NCBI RefSeq assembly: GCF_964188315.1
Contig: NC_135657.1
Coordinates: 52,824,001 to 52,888,000, forward strand
Direction: 5' to 3'
DNA: 64,000 bases
Source: Podarcis muralis
Lineage: Eukaryota
In this document: piece after piece, positions 48,959 to 61,812 of the stretch
Position numbering within the stretch: the stretch's first letter is position 1
Layout: each line of letters starts with the position of its first letter
The notes under the pieces: generated by a model
What the model was told of the DNA's origin: nothing
Database searches by the model: none
Seen by the model: the letters and a program-made list of their open reading frames with translations, nothing else
Made by a program: the position numbers and the translations under genes

Positions 48959-51900
48959 TGCTGACCATGATGACTATGTCCTACCTCCACTGCCAGAGGC
49001 ACTGTGCCTCTGAATACCACTCGCCGGGGAGAACTGTTGAACTCAGGTGCCGCTTGCCACCTTCCCACAGGCATCTGGTTGGCTGCTGTGAGATCAGGAT
49101 GCTGGGCTAGATAGACCATTGGCAGGCTCTTCTTAAGTTCTCCTTGGCCTGTTTTTTGCCTCTTTAGATTTTTCTTCTTCTGTAAACATACTGATGCCTC
49201 ACTCCAGTTTGCGGGTGACCCTGTTTAGCTTCTAAAATCACAATTTGAGTATTAGAAAGTATTACAGTTAATCCTGTTCACTCAGTCACCACAGAATTCT
49301 GCTATTCTATCTGTTTGGCATAGTGGCTAAATTCTGTGCATCTTAGTCCACATTAATGCCTTAGCAGCTACCTCTTTTGATTCTAACACTGTGACTTGGC
49401 ATAATTTTGCTTTTGAAAATTATCTCTAAAGACCTTTAACCTCCCCATTCTTCTGTTTAATGAGTAAGTATTTAAGCTTACCCTTTAACGTGAGTCAAGA
49501 GGGCTAGGAACATTAGGAAACTTTTTTAAAGAAAAACTATAGAAGGTGTAGTACAAAGCATGGGGAGGACATCTAGATTCATGCAGTGAACACTACAGGG
49601 ATTGTCCTCCATTTGGAGATTAATGTGGGCCAAGATGAGCTCTTCCTGGCTTTTCTAATCCATTCTCTTTTAAGGGGAAACATCTGCTATAAGTATTTCT
49701 TTTTCCTTGAGAGGTTCTAGTTCTCTGTAATAAATATGCTTTCCATACGATTTTGATTTAAACACAGAGAATGGGAGCCTCGTGGCCAAAAGACTTTCTC
49801 ATATGTGTGTTTATGTATGTTTTTAAAAACTGTCATGCGAGGTCAAACAAAAAACAATGCAGCCCTTGAATTGTGTGAGAGGCTGAATTGTAATCATGGA
49901 AAACAAGACGGACCGATGGAAACAACCGAAAACACATTTTGTCACTGCTGGTCTAGGTGCATATCCATGTGCTTTGCAAGTTTTGTTTATGCTTTATGAA
50001 AAAAACAATCCCTAAGGCATTAAAGAAAAGCTCAAGTCTTTTACAGTCAGAATTTGTGGCACAATAGAGCCCTTACTTTGTCAAGACCTAGCGTAGTACA
50101 ATTGCCTCTGCAGAAATTAAGGTAGCTTTAGCAAACCACTATCTCTCAGCTTTCCCCTCACCCTGTTAGCACCATGGAGGTAAATATACATATCTATTTG
50201 GGACCTGAACCAAGGATATGAAGAACTGATCCAACCAGAATCTGGGCCCTGAACTGATTCAGGGGGCTTCCACAGTGTTTAGGGTTTAGTATCCTAATTA
50301 AGCATGTGCAGAGTGACATTTCAGTTGAACTCACATCCATCTTCTCTGACATTTCCCTTTGTTCTGCTTGTTCCCTTTCCCCCCTCTCTCACTTCAGCCC
50401 AACCACAAGCCTAACAACAAACTACTGTATATATCCTGCCAAGAAAGGTATAGCTAGTACTATGTGTTGAGAGAGAATCTCCCACTGCTCTGACCACAAG
50501 CCACACATGGAAATATGCTACATATCTGCCTGTTTAATTAGGGTAATAAACCCTAAATACTGAGAAGAAGCCAGGGTGGAAGGAGCCTGTGAGGTGCTGA
50601 CCGGCTCAAGGTGAGTTTCATGTCTGAGTGAGGATTTGAACCCTGTTCTGCCAGGGTTGTTGTGGGGATTAAATGAGGAGCAGGTGGGAAACCATGTATG
50701 CTCAAGCTCCTTAGAGAACAAGGTGGGCTAGAAATGTAATAAACCAACCAATCAACAAATAAATTTGCTTTCACCTACTTCAACTCCCATCAGCCCCTGC
50801 CAGCGGAACCACACTGGCTGAGGCTGATGGGAACTGCAGTTCAACAACATCTGGATAGCATTACATTGGTTATTCCTGAGGTGTTGTGTAGCCAGAGAAG
50901 AGTCTGCAGTGAGGAGGTGCATACTGAGGGGAGAAAGGGGCCGTAGAACCAGACTCAGTGGGTCTGGCCACAGGTGGCACCACCTGCCCCTGAGGAACAA
51001 AAGCCCTACATCCAACAAGGGAATTCAGGAAAGGAAATAAGCTGAGAATATAGAGGAAGGTGAAGTGTCCCTGTCCAACAGACCAAGTGGGGTCAGCTCT
51101 TCTGCTGTATAAACTTCGTTGCTGTAACCATAAATTTGAAATAAAATACAGCCTGAAACTGTGCCTGGCCTCTGCTTCTAAATCAAGTGCCAATGAGTAC
51201 AGATAAAAGCAACTGCCCTGCCACAGTGCCTTGCGATCAACACTTGTACATTGGAGCGGGGAGTGGGGGTGGAGTTAGCAGTTTTCAGAACATTTTCCAC
51301 AAGTAGATATATAGCTAGAAACAGATGCTTTGTGTTGTGTAACGGTCAGAGTCAATTTTTTTTTATATAAAAAAAAGATATTGGGAGAAGCCCTTCAGAG
51401 CATTCTTTTTCATTTTCTTTGTCTACATCCATTTGCCCAGTAGCTTTTTTTTGCCTCACATCAGCTCCTCTGTTCAAAAAAAGAGAGCAATTCACTGGCC
51501 AATGAGGACATGGAAACATCCACTGAAGGATAAATCTCTTTGTTTATTTGACAATGAAGGTTAAACCTCTTTCCCACATTGTTTAGTCTCAGGCTGCCAC
51601 TTAATGGCATCATGAAACAATGGAAGGTATTTTGAAATATCCTTGTCACTTTCCCCTTTAGCATCTCCGAATGACTTGCCTGGAGCAGTGAAATGCTTGA
51701 CTCATTCTCCAGTCTGAAGGGTATTCCGTTTCTCTCTCTTCTCAAACTTTCCAGAGGAAATGCAAGACAAAAGCTGTTTTCATATTCCTTTACCCTGGAG
51801 GTGCCTGTCCTGTCCTCTAGCTTCCATCATCCCCAGACAGCATGGCCAGCGGTCAGGGGAAGATGGGAACTGTAGTCAGGGGAGACTGAACCATGAGGGT

Positions 51901-51987
51901 GAAAGCCCACCAACCTCAGTCAGCTCCCACCTGCCTGCCTTTTTACTTACACATGCTGGTCATGTCACTTGCGTATTGACTTACACA

Positions 51988-52110
51988 ATCATAGAAGAGT
52001 AGAGTTTGAAGGAACTGCAAGGATCATCTAGTCCAGCCCCCTGCAATGCAGGAATCTCAGTTAAAGCATCCAAGACCATCCAAACTCTGCTTAAAAACCT
52101 CCAAGGAAGG
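51988..52110 (-). mobile_element. CR1 3' end fragment
   Basis: AATCATAGAAGAGTAGAG...GATCATCTAGTCCAGCCCCCTGCAATGCAGGAATC is the reverse complement of the CR1 tail. Confidence 0.65.
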
Positions 52111-52678
52111 TCCAGGAAGTGGCACTGGCTGTCAGCTTAGTCTCAGTGTTGCTCTTGTAGAACCAGTCCTAATGGGCACCAGCTATCACTGCCGGCAGTC
52201 CTCCAACCTCAGGAGGGTCACAGGTCCCCTACCCCTAATTTATGCCATACTTTCAGTCCACAGAGTACTCTCACACAGCCTCACAGCCACTTGGGAGTGT
52301 CAGTGATCTCTGGCATTGCTGTGGTGTTCCAGTGAGCCCCCTCATGCTTTCAATGAGCATGCCAAGGGGTTGTGGGCACATGCCTGTTGGTCATGTCACT
52401 TGCGTGTTGACTTTGTGGCCATCATGCGCACGGCCAGAAGGCTAAATGGTAAGGGAGGGGTGCTGGCAGCAAATACGTTCTTTCTACCCTTTCCAGTGCT
52501 TGTTGAGCAAATGGCTCTCCACACACTTCCTGCATGGAAAGCAGTGTGCACATGATGTTAGCCACAGTTCATATCTACTCTGTCGTTTCCAATTAAAAAC
52601 TGTGTTTTGGTGTGTTTCCCCCCCCAACAAACTTTGGTCCAAATTGAGAAAAAGAATGACCTAACTGAGTTTTAAGTA

Positions 52679-52732
<54 letters not shown>

Positions 52733-52975
52733 TGTACCCCAGCCAGTCAGATGGGTACAGCTTCCCTATACAGGGCTGCCTTCAGATGTCTCCTGATGAC
52801 ATCTCCCTGACATCTGATGTGGGCGCCACTATCGAGAAGGCCCTCTGCCTGGTTCCCTGTAGCTTCACTTCTTGCAGTGAGGGAACTGCCAGAAGGCCCT
52901 CAGTGCTGCATCTCACTGTCTGGGCAGAACGATGAGGGTGGAGGTGCTCCTTCAGGTATACAGGGCTGAAGCCAT
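52679..52975 (-). mobile_element. L2 3' fragment (same family as 40385) preceded by (AAT)18
   Basis: Reverse-complement match to 40640-40970 (GAGAAGGCCCTCTGCCTGGTTCCCTGTAGC); AAT microsatellite at 52679-52732. Confidence 0.85.
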
Positions 52976-53079
52976 GTTGTGTACATACCTATGTAGGGAC
53001 TAAACTGAACACCCCTAAATACATTATTGATGTAGCACTAAGGAGAGGGAGGAGGCAAGATCAAGAACAAAACCTTAGT

Positions 53080-53205
53080 GCTGGGATTGTTCAGTTGGCT
53101 AGAGCGTGGTGGTGATAATGCCAAGGTTGCAGGTTCAAGTCCTGCATGGGACAGCTGCAAATTCCTGCATTGCAGGGAGTTGGACTAGATGATCCTCAGG
53201 GTCCC
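53080..53205 (+). mobile_element. tRNA-Ile-derived SINE with CR1 tail
   Basis: TCAGTTGGCTAGAGCGTGGTGGTGATAATGCCAAGGTTGCAGGTTCAAGTCC then TTCCTGCATTGCAGGGAGTTGGACTAGATGATCC. Confidence 0.75.
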
Positions 53206-54218
53206 ATTTCTTTCTGTTTCTTTTTCAGGTAACTACATAGATCAACCAGCATCAATCTGACAAACAGGAAGCTGCAAAAGGGATACAATGCATAAAATGG
53301 TTAAGTATTAATCTTATATAACCTTTTTGTAATCATACTTGAATCGTGAAGTTCAAATTTAGTTCTTAGGTGCAGGTAAGGAGCCTTGACTATTAGTAAC
53401 TGAGACATAAGCTATAAAGTCCTATCATATGACATAAAAGTGTTCCAGAGATTATTTACCTCTCCTCACACAAAGCTTGTAAGTTGTGGTTGATTTTTGT
53501 TTTCCCCCCAGTCACTGGTATGCAATTCTATAACAGTGTTCAGTGTGCTGAACTGGGTTTCAGCTTGTCACCCTGTGCGTAACTTTCTCTCTTTTCCCTG
53601 AAATTTTAATTCCAGCACTTTTCTGTAGTTATGGCTGGTGATAAACTTTTTACATGGTCTCCAGCTTTAGCCAAGAGGAAAGATTTCAAGCTGTGGAAAT
53701 AAACTGAACACACTAACCAGACAGTGAACGCAGTGGGTGTCACTTTCCATTCATTCTCATGAGGAAATCTGTCTTCATTCTAATATAATATTCTTACTGA
53801 ATTTTGTGGGCTTTGCCTGGGAGTTTGATGATATAACAAAATAACTGACAATATGCCATATACGTTGCACTGTGCTATGCAGCATAATCCAATGTATGTT
53901 TATTCAAAAGTATGTCTGAGTGTAGCAGTACTTAATCCCTTGTGGATTTGTTTAGAGTTGTAGCCTCAGGCAAGAAGAAGAAAAAAGCACATTGATACAA
54001 GGATTCAATTTGTTCCACTTTTTAAAGGAAACTGGCGTCCTACCATGTGGGTTGGAGCTCAGTATTCACTTTTTATATTTCTCTGAGCTTTAAAATTCAC
54101 CTCTTGGCTCACAAAGATACCAAAATACACTAACAAATGCACATTTTAGATTAAAATATTGTACATGCAGAAATGCATATTTCAGGATAAAATGCATATA
54201 AACAGTTTTCATCCCCCA

Positions 54219-54377
54219 GACCTGTGGTGCAATGGGTCAATGTGTCTGGCTGTTAACCAGAAGGTTGGTGGTTTGAGCCTACTGGGGATGGCTATGTGCA
54301 GGATTCCTGCATTGTAGAGGGATGGATTAGATGACCCTCAGGTTCCCTCCCAAATTATACAATTCTATGATTCTATG
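54219..54377 (+). mobile_element. tRNA-Asn-derived SINE with CR1 tail
   Basis: CTGTGGTGCAATGGG...GGCTGTTAACCAGAAGGTTGGTGGTTTGAGCC then GATTCCTGCATTG...GATTAGATGACC...ATTCTATGATTCTATG. Confidence 0.75.
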
Positions 54378-54568
54378 TCCTAGGGTAAAATATATACAAA
54401 AATTGCAATTTTTGAAAAATATATAAAATCCTGGAGTTTTTTTATTTTTTTAAAAATCAGACTGATTCAGAAATGGAACAGAATAGACTTATGACTGAGC
54501 ACATTTGAAACTGATGTGGTCTGGCAAGCGAGTGATCCATCCATCCTTACTGGTGCACCTTTGAAGTA

Positions 54569-54794
54569 CAGTGGTACCTCGGGTTAAGTACTTAATTTGT
54601 TCCGGAGGTCCGTTTTTAACCTGAAACTGTTTTTAACCTGAAGCACCACTTTAGCTAATGGGGCCTCCCGCTGCCGCCGCACCGCCAGAGCACAATTTCT
54701 GTTCTTATCCTGAAGCAAAGTTCTTAATCCGAGGTACTATTTCTGGGTTAGCGGAGGCTGTAACCTGAAGCGTATGTAACCCGAGGTACCACAG
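54569..54794. mobile_element. Mariner/Tigger-like MITE (CAGTGGTACCTC family)
   Basis: CAGTGGTACCTCGGGTTA ... TAACCCGAGGTACCACAG, TA flanks. Confidence 0.88.
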
Positions 54795-55702
54795 TATTCT
54801 TTAACAGCCTCTAACTAAATAACTGCATAATAACTTTTCTTTTTTCACAGAGTAATGCAGTTGATTGAAGGCCAAACTGGACACAGCCTAATTCATGCAG
54901 CTAGAAATTGTATGGAATGGTTTAGTAAACAGGTAAAATGTGTGTTGTGTCAGTCTAGATTGGGACCACGGCAGGAGCAAAAGATTAAATTCAATTTCCC
55001 ACCCTCATGAGCCTTACCCAGATCTGCAGTGGGCTGGAGCCCTCCTGCTATTTATTTATTTTTAAATATTCACACAATTGTTAATGGCATGGACTATATC
55101 ACATCTTGCTTAATCCTTAGGATGACAACTTTCTAGCCCTAAATTCCATGGTTTCCATTTTGTCTGCTCACAATTCTTCCCAATGCTGTTACATTTCAAT
55201 AAGCTTCCTTATCCAGACTAAGTCTGTTCCAAATTGTCTCACATTAAGTGAGCATGCGGGGCACTACCTTTAAATAAGTGCCTTTAAATCATCTCTATCT
55301 GTTCATAAGAAAAGAACTAGACAAGCCATATCTTGAAACAGTATGCATTGTCACTTTGATCTTTGTGTTTGAAAGCCGCTAGGTTGGATCTTCCAGTGCT
55401 AACTAAATCTGACTTGATGCCCTGCCAGATTTGGAGAAGTAGGAGCTCAGAAAGAGTGTTTTCACGTGTGAAGCTTAAGAGCGGCTCTTGCTTCAATCAG
55501 TTCAATAATGCAAATATAATGCCCCTTCTGCATTGCAAATACATCTCCTCTGTGTTCTCTGCCACATGGTTAATATATATAGCGTGAGAGAAGCTTGGAA
55601 ATTTAAACTTCAGATGTGAAGGCACCCGACATGTGTTGCTCATGCATTAAAGGGGAGTGAGTAGCAAAGGTGTGGCTATTGCTTAAAGTGCAATGTCCCT
55701 TA

Positions 55703-55944
55703 CCGTGGTACCTCAGGTTAAGTACTTAATTCGTTCTGGAGGTCCGTACTTAACCTGAAACTGTTCTTAACTTGAAGCACCACTTTAGCTAATGGGGCCT
55801 CCCGCTGCCGCCGCGCTGCCAGAGCACAATTTCTGTTCTCATCCTGAAGCAAAGTACTTAACCCGAGGTAATATTTCTGGGTTAGCGGAGTCTGTAACCT
55901 GAAGCGTATGTAACCTGAAGCATATGTAACCTGAGGTACCACTG
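55703..55944. mobile_element. Mariner/Tigger-like MITE (CAGTGGTACCTC family)
   Basis: CCGTGGTACCTCAGGTTA ... TAACCTGAGGTACCACTG, TA flanks; highly similar to the 54569 copy. Confidence 0.88.
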
Positions 55945-56159
55945 TATTTGGTTAATTAAAATATTCCTAGGCAAACTTTTTGAGTATTGCGTTTCCAGAA
56001 AACATCAGCAATACAAAATATAAATTCAAAGTCATTTCTACAATTACTGTACTCCAGAACTAAAAGCCAGTTATAAAAACAACCTTCCAGCGTAGAATAT
56101 AAAACTTAGTTTCCCAATTCATCCATTTCATAGTGCAGTACACACACACCATACATAAT

Positions 56160-56800
56160 TTGCTTGAAACAAGACTTCAAAGCCTTTCCAAAGGACTGGA
56201 GTGTGGCGATCTTCTTGAGGTTGACAGACAACAAATTCCAGAGTAATGATGCCACTGCTAAAAATGTCTTCTTCTTTGTGCCTACCAAGTTCACTAGCCT
56301 ACAGGCAAAATGAGCATAGTCTCCATTAAAGATCTTATGTGTGGGCAGGTTGATATGGGTGCAAAACTACTTGAGCCCAAGCCCTTTAGGTTAAAGGTTT
56401 AAGGTTAGGTGGAAAGGCTGAAACCAGCACTTTAAATTTTGCTCAGAAATGTGAAAGTAAACAGTGTAACTGGTAAAATGAAGGTGTTATGCGGTCACCC
56501 TGCTGGTCAGATTTTAAACCAGCTGAAGTTCCTGAGGTGTCTTTCAAAAGAGCCCCACATAGAGCACATTACAGCAAAGTGTAGACATGGCCAGTGCATA
56601 GATAAGTGTGGCTAGGTCTCACTATTACTAACCTCATAGTGCAGATTGGATGGGTGGGGACTGAGTTAATAGTCATTTGCCTAAGACCATCTATTGGGTT
56701 TGTGGATGAAGTAAAATTCAAACCAGGGACTCTCCAGCTTACACACTGAGTGACTATGTAGCACTTAGCTCTATATACATTACAAAAGTACCTGTTAGTC
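56160..56800 (-). mobile_element. Old L2 LINE fragment
   Basis: Minus frames CNVLYVGLF..TPQELQL and TFLAVASLLWNLL...LQSFGKALKS. Boundaries approximate. Confidence 0.6.
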
Positions 56801-56937
56801 AACAACTCTTTACAATCTCCCTATCTCACATATACTCTTGTATCTGTCCCCAGCCTGTTGTAATTTCTATAGGACTTACCATATTAATTTCAGTCATTTT
56901 CATTGTACGCAGGTTGTACATTGACAATAAATATATT

Positions 56938-56938
<1 letters not shown>

Positions 56939-56994
<56 letters not shown>

Positions 56995-56995
56995 G
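56939..56995. repeat. (TTG)19 microsatellite
   Basis: Direct read. Confidence 0.95.
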
Positions 56996-57535
56996 ACAGT
57001 GCTGGGATTCATGTTTTCTTTTAAATATCATTTATGCCTCTTTTTTAAAAAGTGCATGCAAACTCACAAACTGAGCCATGTACAAAACCACTTCCCTATG
57101 TTAATCCAGCATTTTCCTTTTAATGTGAACTCATCTCTCCCTTACCACAAACAAGCCTTCTGGGCATATGAAGTATATTTCTTTGGCAGCAGCATGGCTC
57201 TTTCCAGCCCTGCCTAACTCCAACTGCCCTTTGGGTGTGTTGCTCTGAGCTTCTCCCTCACATTTTAAGCCTGTGGTGTTTACAGCTTGTAAAAGGGATG
57301 TAGAGCTGGTCTGCTATTAAGTCGCCCAGGTTCCACCGCAGGTAATTGGTGGGGGTTTCTGAAAGCCGGAGTCAATAAAATGACTCCCCACCGTAAAAGT
57401 GAATGTCTCGTGAAATGTTTGATTTGCCTAGCACTGTCTCTTTTCTGTCTATGAGGGTTTTTTTTGCCAAAATCGCAAAAAATGCTGTTTTTGAGTTATT
57501 TTTATGGAAAATTGGCCAAAGCAGCACTGCCAACA

Positions 57536-57628
57536 TGGGTTGCCATATGTCCGGTTTTCCCCGGACATTTCACAAATTTCTACCCGGACACTGCTGCCAA
57601 CTGCAGTATTCCAGCTATGGCAACCCTA
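57536..57628. mobile_element. Short MITE with GGGTTGCCATA TIR
   Basis: GGGTTGCCATA ... TATGGCAACCC. Confidence 0.6.
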
Positions 57629-60600
57629 CCAAACATGTTCGTTCATGTCCTCTGTGTACTATGAGATTATGGTGATTAAATATCCAAAATCACGGCCTTA
57701 AAACACTAATCTGGAAGATGATTTGAAAGTGTCACTGCAGCCATATATTCTGGGCAGAAACAGTATTGGGGAACCTTCTGCTGACTCCACCAACTTCGTG
57801 TCTGAAAAATAGCACAATATATATATTCATTGAAGAGTACTACTCTAAGATCATGCCAATGCCTTGGATTTTAGAACAGCCTCAGGCTATTTATGGTTCT
57901 TTATCATGAAACCAGACTTGGATTAGAAAGCCCTTCAAAGAGGGGATTCGCCTTTGACAGTCTATCAAATGAATAATCTCTCTGCTCCATTATTACAGAT
58001 AGGGTGTGGGGAATCTGAATCAGTTTGCATTTAAAAATGAACCTGGCTAATTTTTACTTTCCAAAACAACACAATGCTAGCCTTCAAAATTTGCAGTTTT
58101 CCAGATTTTGCAATGAAATTCTCCAGCCAATGAATGCATACAAAACTGCATATACTGCAGTAATATATCAATGAAAACGCATGTATTAAAAATGCATTGC
58201 ATTCAGGAAAATTGCTTTGTGAAAATGGGTCTATTAGGAGAAATTGCATACAAACATGTGCATATTAGGAGGAATTTGCTGATGTATTTTCATGAGGCAT
58301 TAAAAATAAACAAATCACAAACTGTTGTGGAAATATGGAAAACTGAATTTAAGATTGGAAAAATGAGACACCGAGAAACTGAAATGGGATCCCTACTGCA
58401 GGCATGGTGCTTTGCAGAGTTCTAACCACCACAGCCAGCCACTAGCAAAAAGGAATTTTAATACAGAAACATCTTTCAGCATAACAGTAAAGCTGCTAAA
58501 GCTTCTGCTCACATTATCTGCAGACCAACAAACACGCTGCTTATTCTGGAGTAACACTAGACAGAAATGGAAAGGATTCAGAATGAAAAATCCAAGAGTG
58601 GCGTCTTGCTCCAGCCTGTAATACTAAGAGATTCTAAATCTAACCCCCCTTAATAGACAGATTACTTGCTGTCTTTATTCCCAAAGATCCCACTAATACT
58701 TCTTCAGCTTCACGGATCAGTGCTGAATGAAGCTGCTGTGGCACATAAACTGGGTTTCATCCCTTTAAAAACCAAACAAGAGTTCATAAAAATATGGCTG
58801 TTTCGTTCAAATGGTCGAAACAGCATCCTGTATTCGGGAGCAGTATCAGGAACATTCATAACCAGATAAGGGTCTTTGGCTGGGGCCTGGAAAATGGCAA
58901 AACACAGCGTAGGCAGATGGGAGACAGAGAAGCTCATAGAGCTGTGGTGGGCAGAAGATAAGGCCCACAGAGAGATAAATTGACTGGAGACTGACGCCAT
59001 GACGGTCCTCCTTGCCACCAGCAGTCTAAAATTGAACTGGGTTTCCATTTTAATTTCCACTGTAGTGCAAAGAAAGCAAGGCAAGAGATTTCAGGTTGGA
59101 GAAGATTTGGGGACTCTACTCTGCCCTCTGCTGCAAACATTCAACTTCCACAATCAGGGAAAAAGTGACATCAACAAAAATGACCACATAATGTTGAGAA
59201 TGCCAGGAGAGATGGAATTGGCACCACATTTCCAATGTAAGTGTCACCAGCTCAGTGTCAAAATATACAAGCTAGGACCACAAGCTAGAGTGCTTAATCT
59301 TATTAGTTTAAGTGAGCTTAACCATGTTTAACTAAGTGTCAGACTGTGGCTAACATATCCATTGCACTGATGTGTCAGAGTCTCAACCACTTACTAGGGA
59401 GAGGTAGTTGAAAAATGGTGGCATCTCTCCCTGCCCTCATCTTCTGAATATCTGCTGACTCCCCTAAATCACTGGGCATTTCTTTATTTATCTCCAGATC
59501 AGCATAATCCTAAGGAAATCCCACATGCACCCATCCAAATAGCTGCTTTTTATCTGAGCATTGCTGTTCTGCACAATTTTTAAGGAGTTCTCTTGGGATT
59601 CCAGATTCATGTGCCAAAAAGTAAGCACATGAAACTGAGAGACAGGCAGGAATGTAGAAAGATGAAAGGTAATCACTGTCTGGAATTCTGACTTAAGGAG
59701 AGAAGACCCTCTATTCCTCCAGCTTTCAGAAATGACATCTTTTCAGCCTTTTCACGAAAACTTCCAAGGAAGAAGACCTACAGCCTACCAGGGCACCTTT
59801 TCTCAACAATTACTTTTGTGCAATTTAAACTTGTAAACCACCTGTTTTGGAAACCCCTGTGCCTAGGGGAAATTGACTATCATACCTTCCCCCAAAGAGC
59901 CACAAGAATGGTAATTTGATGAGCATCTGATCTGTTGAAGATCTTTGCCCCAGTTTCCCCTGGGAATAGGAATGTCTTTATAGGGAGAAAGTTCTGGCAC
60001 AGGCCAAGCTGCTGGAAGAGAAGGGGTCTGCAGAAGATAGGGTGGGGATATTCCTGGAAGGCAAAACAGTAACATTGTTCAGTGAACATGGGGGGGGGGG
60101 GAGAAATCTCAATACAGATGTTTTCTTTAAAAAATTGGGGAACATCTGGCAATGGTAAACAAAGATCTTGACAATATGTGCTCTCAAAAGAAAACAGCAG
60201 CCAAATGACCTAGGACCTTTACAGATGATTTAACAAACCAGATTTCTCTTTCTCCGCTCTCTTCTTGCTAGACCAAATCCAGTGCTAGTAGCTCAAAATC
60301 TCATATCTGTATATTAGAAGGTGAGTAGCCTTATGGTGGGATACAGCTGTGCTCATGTTCACCATGTACTGTGTTTAAAAAGAGGGGTGACGTGTGGTCA
60401 AGTGCCAGAGAGGGGGAGCACACAGTTATGAAAGATCCGCAGCTATAATTTCAAAAGATCCAGAAAATGTTGGGAAGCTTGCTCATGTTCCCTGCTTAAA
60501 ATAATAGGACAAAAATAGGACAGTGTGTGTTACAGGAGAGCAGCACTCATCCCCTATTGTTGTTTTTTAAGGCACTCAAAAGCAGTCACTTTGCTTCTGC

Positions 60601-61085
60601 AATCCTTAGACATTCTTTAAGCAAAATAAACTTTCTTTCTTCTTTCTTCTTTGGCAATCACACTTTAAAAAACAAAACAAAAAAACCCTCATCACTTACC
60701 TTGGTGTTTCACAGAGCTGCTTCCCTCCCTGCAACCATATACAACACACCCATTTCTATCTGAGGAGACTTCCAAACTGTTTCTATTTTCGAGTGGGATT
60801 CTATTATGCACCAGCAAAGTCAAGTTGTTTGATAGGGAGGTCTTGTGCAATAAATCTGCTACCCTAAACAATAGGACTTTTTGCCATTAGGAAATGGCAA
60901 TGGAAAGCATAGGGTAACACTCGCTCTGATGCAACATCGTCTAACCTCCCTGTAAACAAATAGGGATGAATGCTCATTAAGTAGCCAACATCATCTAATC
61001 TCCCTGCAAACAGATCAGGCTGAAGAGTCCCAGTCACTGATAGCAATATCAGTGCACAATGAGACCAGCAGTTAAATGCATAAGC

Positions 61086-61336
61086 CATGGGTAGGCAAAC
61101 TAAGGCCTGGGGGCCAGATCTGGCCCAATTGCCTTCTCAATCCGGCCTGCAGATGGTCCAGGAATCAGCGTGTTTTTACATGAGTAGAATGTGTCCTTTT
61201 ATTTAAAATGCATCTCTGGGTTATTTGTGGGGCATAGGAATTCGTTCACCCCCCCAAAAAAAAATACAGTCCGGCCCCCCACAAGGTCTGAGGGACAGTG
61301 GACTGGCCCCCTGCTGAAAAGGTTTGCTGGCCCCTG
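61086..61336. mobile_element. hAT-derived non-autonomous element
   Basis: Perfect 8-bp TSD GCATAAGC (61078-61085 and 61337-61344); inverted copy of 34916-35163. Confidence 0.9.
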
Positions 61337-61812
61337 GCATAAGCCCTTAGAGCTGACTCTGCAGCACACATCTGGCTGGCTGTGAGCTGCAGAGGGTCAA
61401 GAGATCTGGCCCTCGTGAGATTTTCTCTGTTTGTTAAGTCCAGAGGAGATCAGCCAAATTCAAATTGCAAATCTTAACATGCTCATAACAAAATTAGCCG
61501 TATTTCCTGAAAGGGTTGAGCAGGTTAGTCATGCCTCTAATACTAAGGGGCTTTTGGAAGTAAAATTTCAGTATGCAATTCTTTTACACAGGATCAGCTA
61601 AACTTGTGCTCCTTTTAGTTAGCCATTGCAGGCTGCATGAAGAAAGGACAGTGTTGCTCATTTTTGGAAAGCTGATGAATGCATGGACAAGCGGCAGGGG
61701 AGGCTGGGGTCACACCTGCTGCCACCACTCCTGTCCTCTGCAGGTCCCAGTCCTGCTGGGCATGTGAATCTTCTGAACCAGAAGGGCTCTCCTCTTTCCG
61801 GAGGGGAGGTGT

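Larger units (their letters stand above)
48470..49125 (+). mobile_element. Old CR1 3' end, interrupted by the Penelope-like insertion
   Basis: Decayed CR1-like 3' coding/UTR sequence (GGCTTTCAAAGAGGATTAGACAAA...TTCATGGAG; AGGATGCTGGGCTAGATAGACC) on both sides of the insert. Boundaries approximate. Confidence 0.55.

Noticed and set aside
43937-54377. tRNA-like sequences as functional tRNA genes
   Set aside because: Acceptor stems and T-loops are degenerate and each is fused to a CR1 tail, so they were called SINEs.
60696-60760. Minus-strand exon-like segment ending in AAG|GTAAGT
   Set aside because: Isolated splice motifs with no partner exons or recognisable coding content.
60932-61012. 27-bp repeat / 27-bp spacer / 27-bp repeat resembling a CRISPR unit
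   Set aside because: Vertebrate DNA, only two copies with 3 mismatches and no cas genes; an old local duplication.
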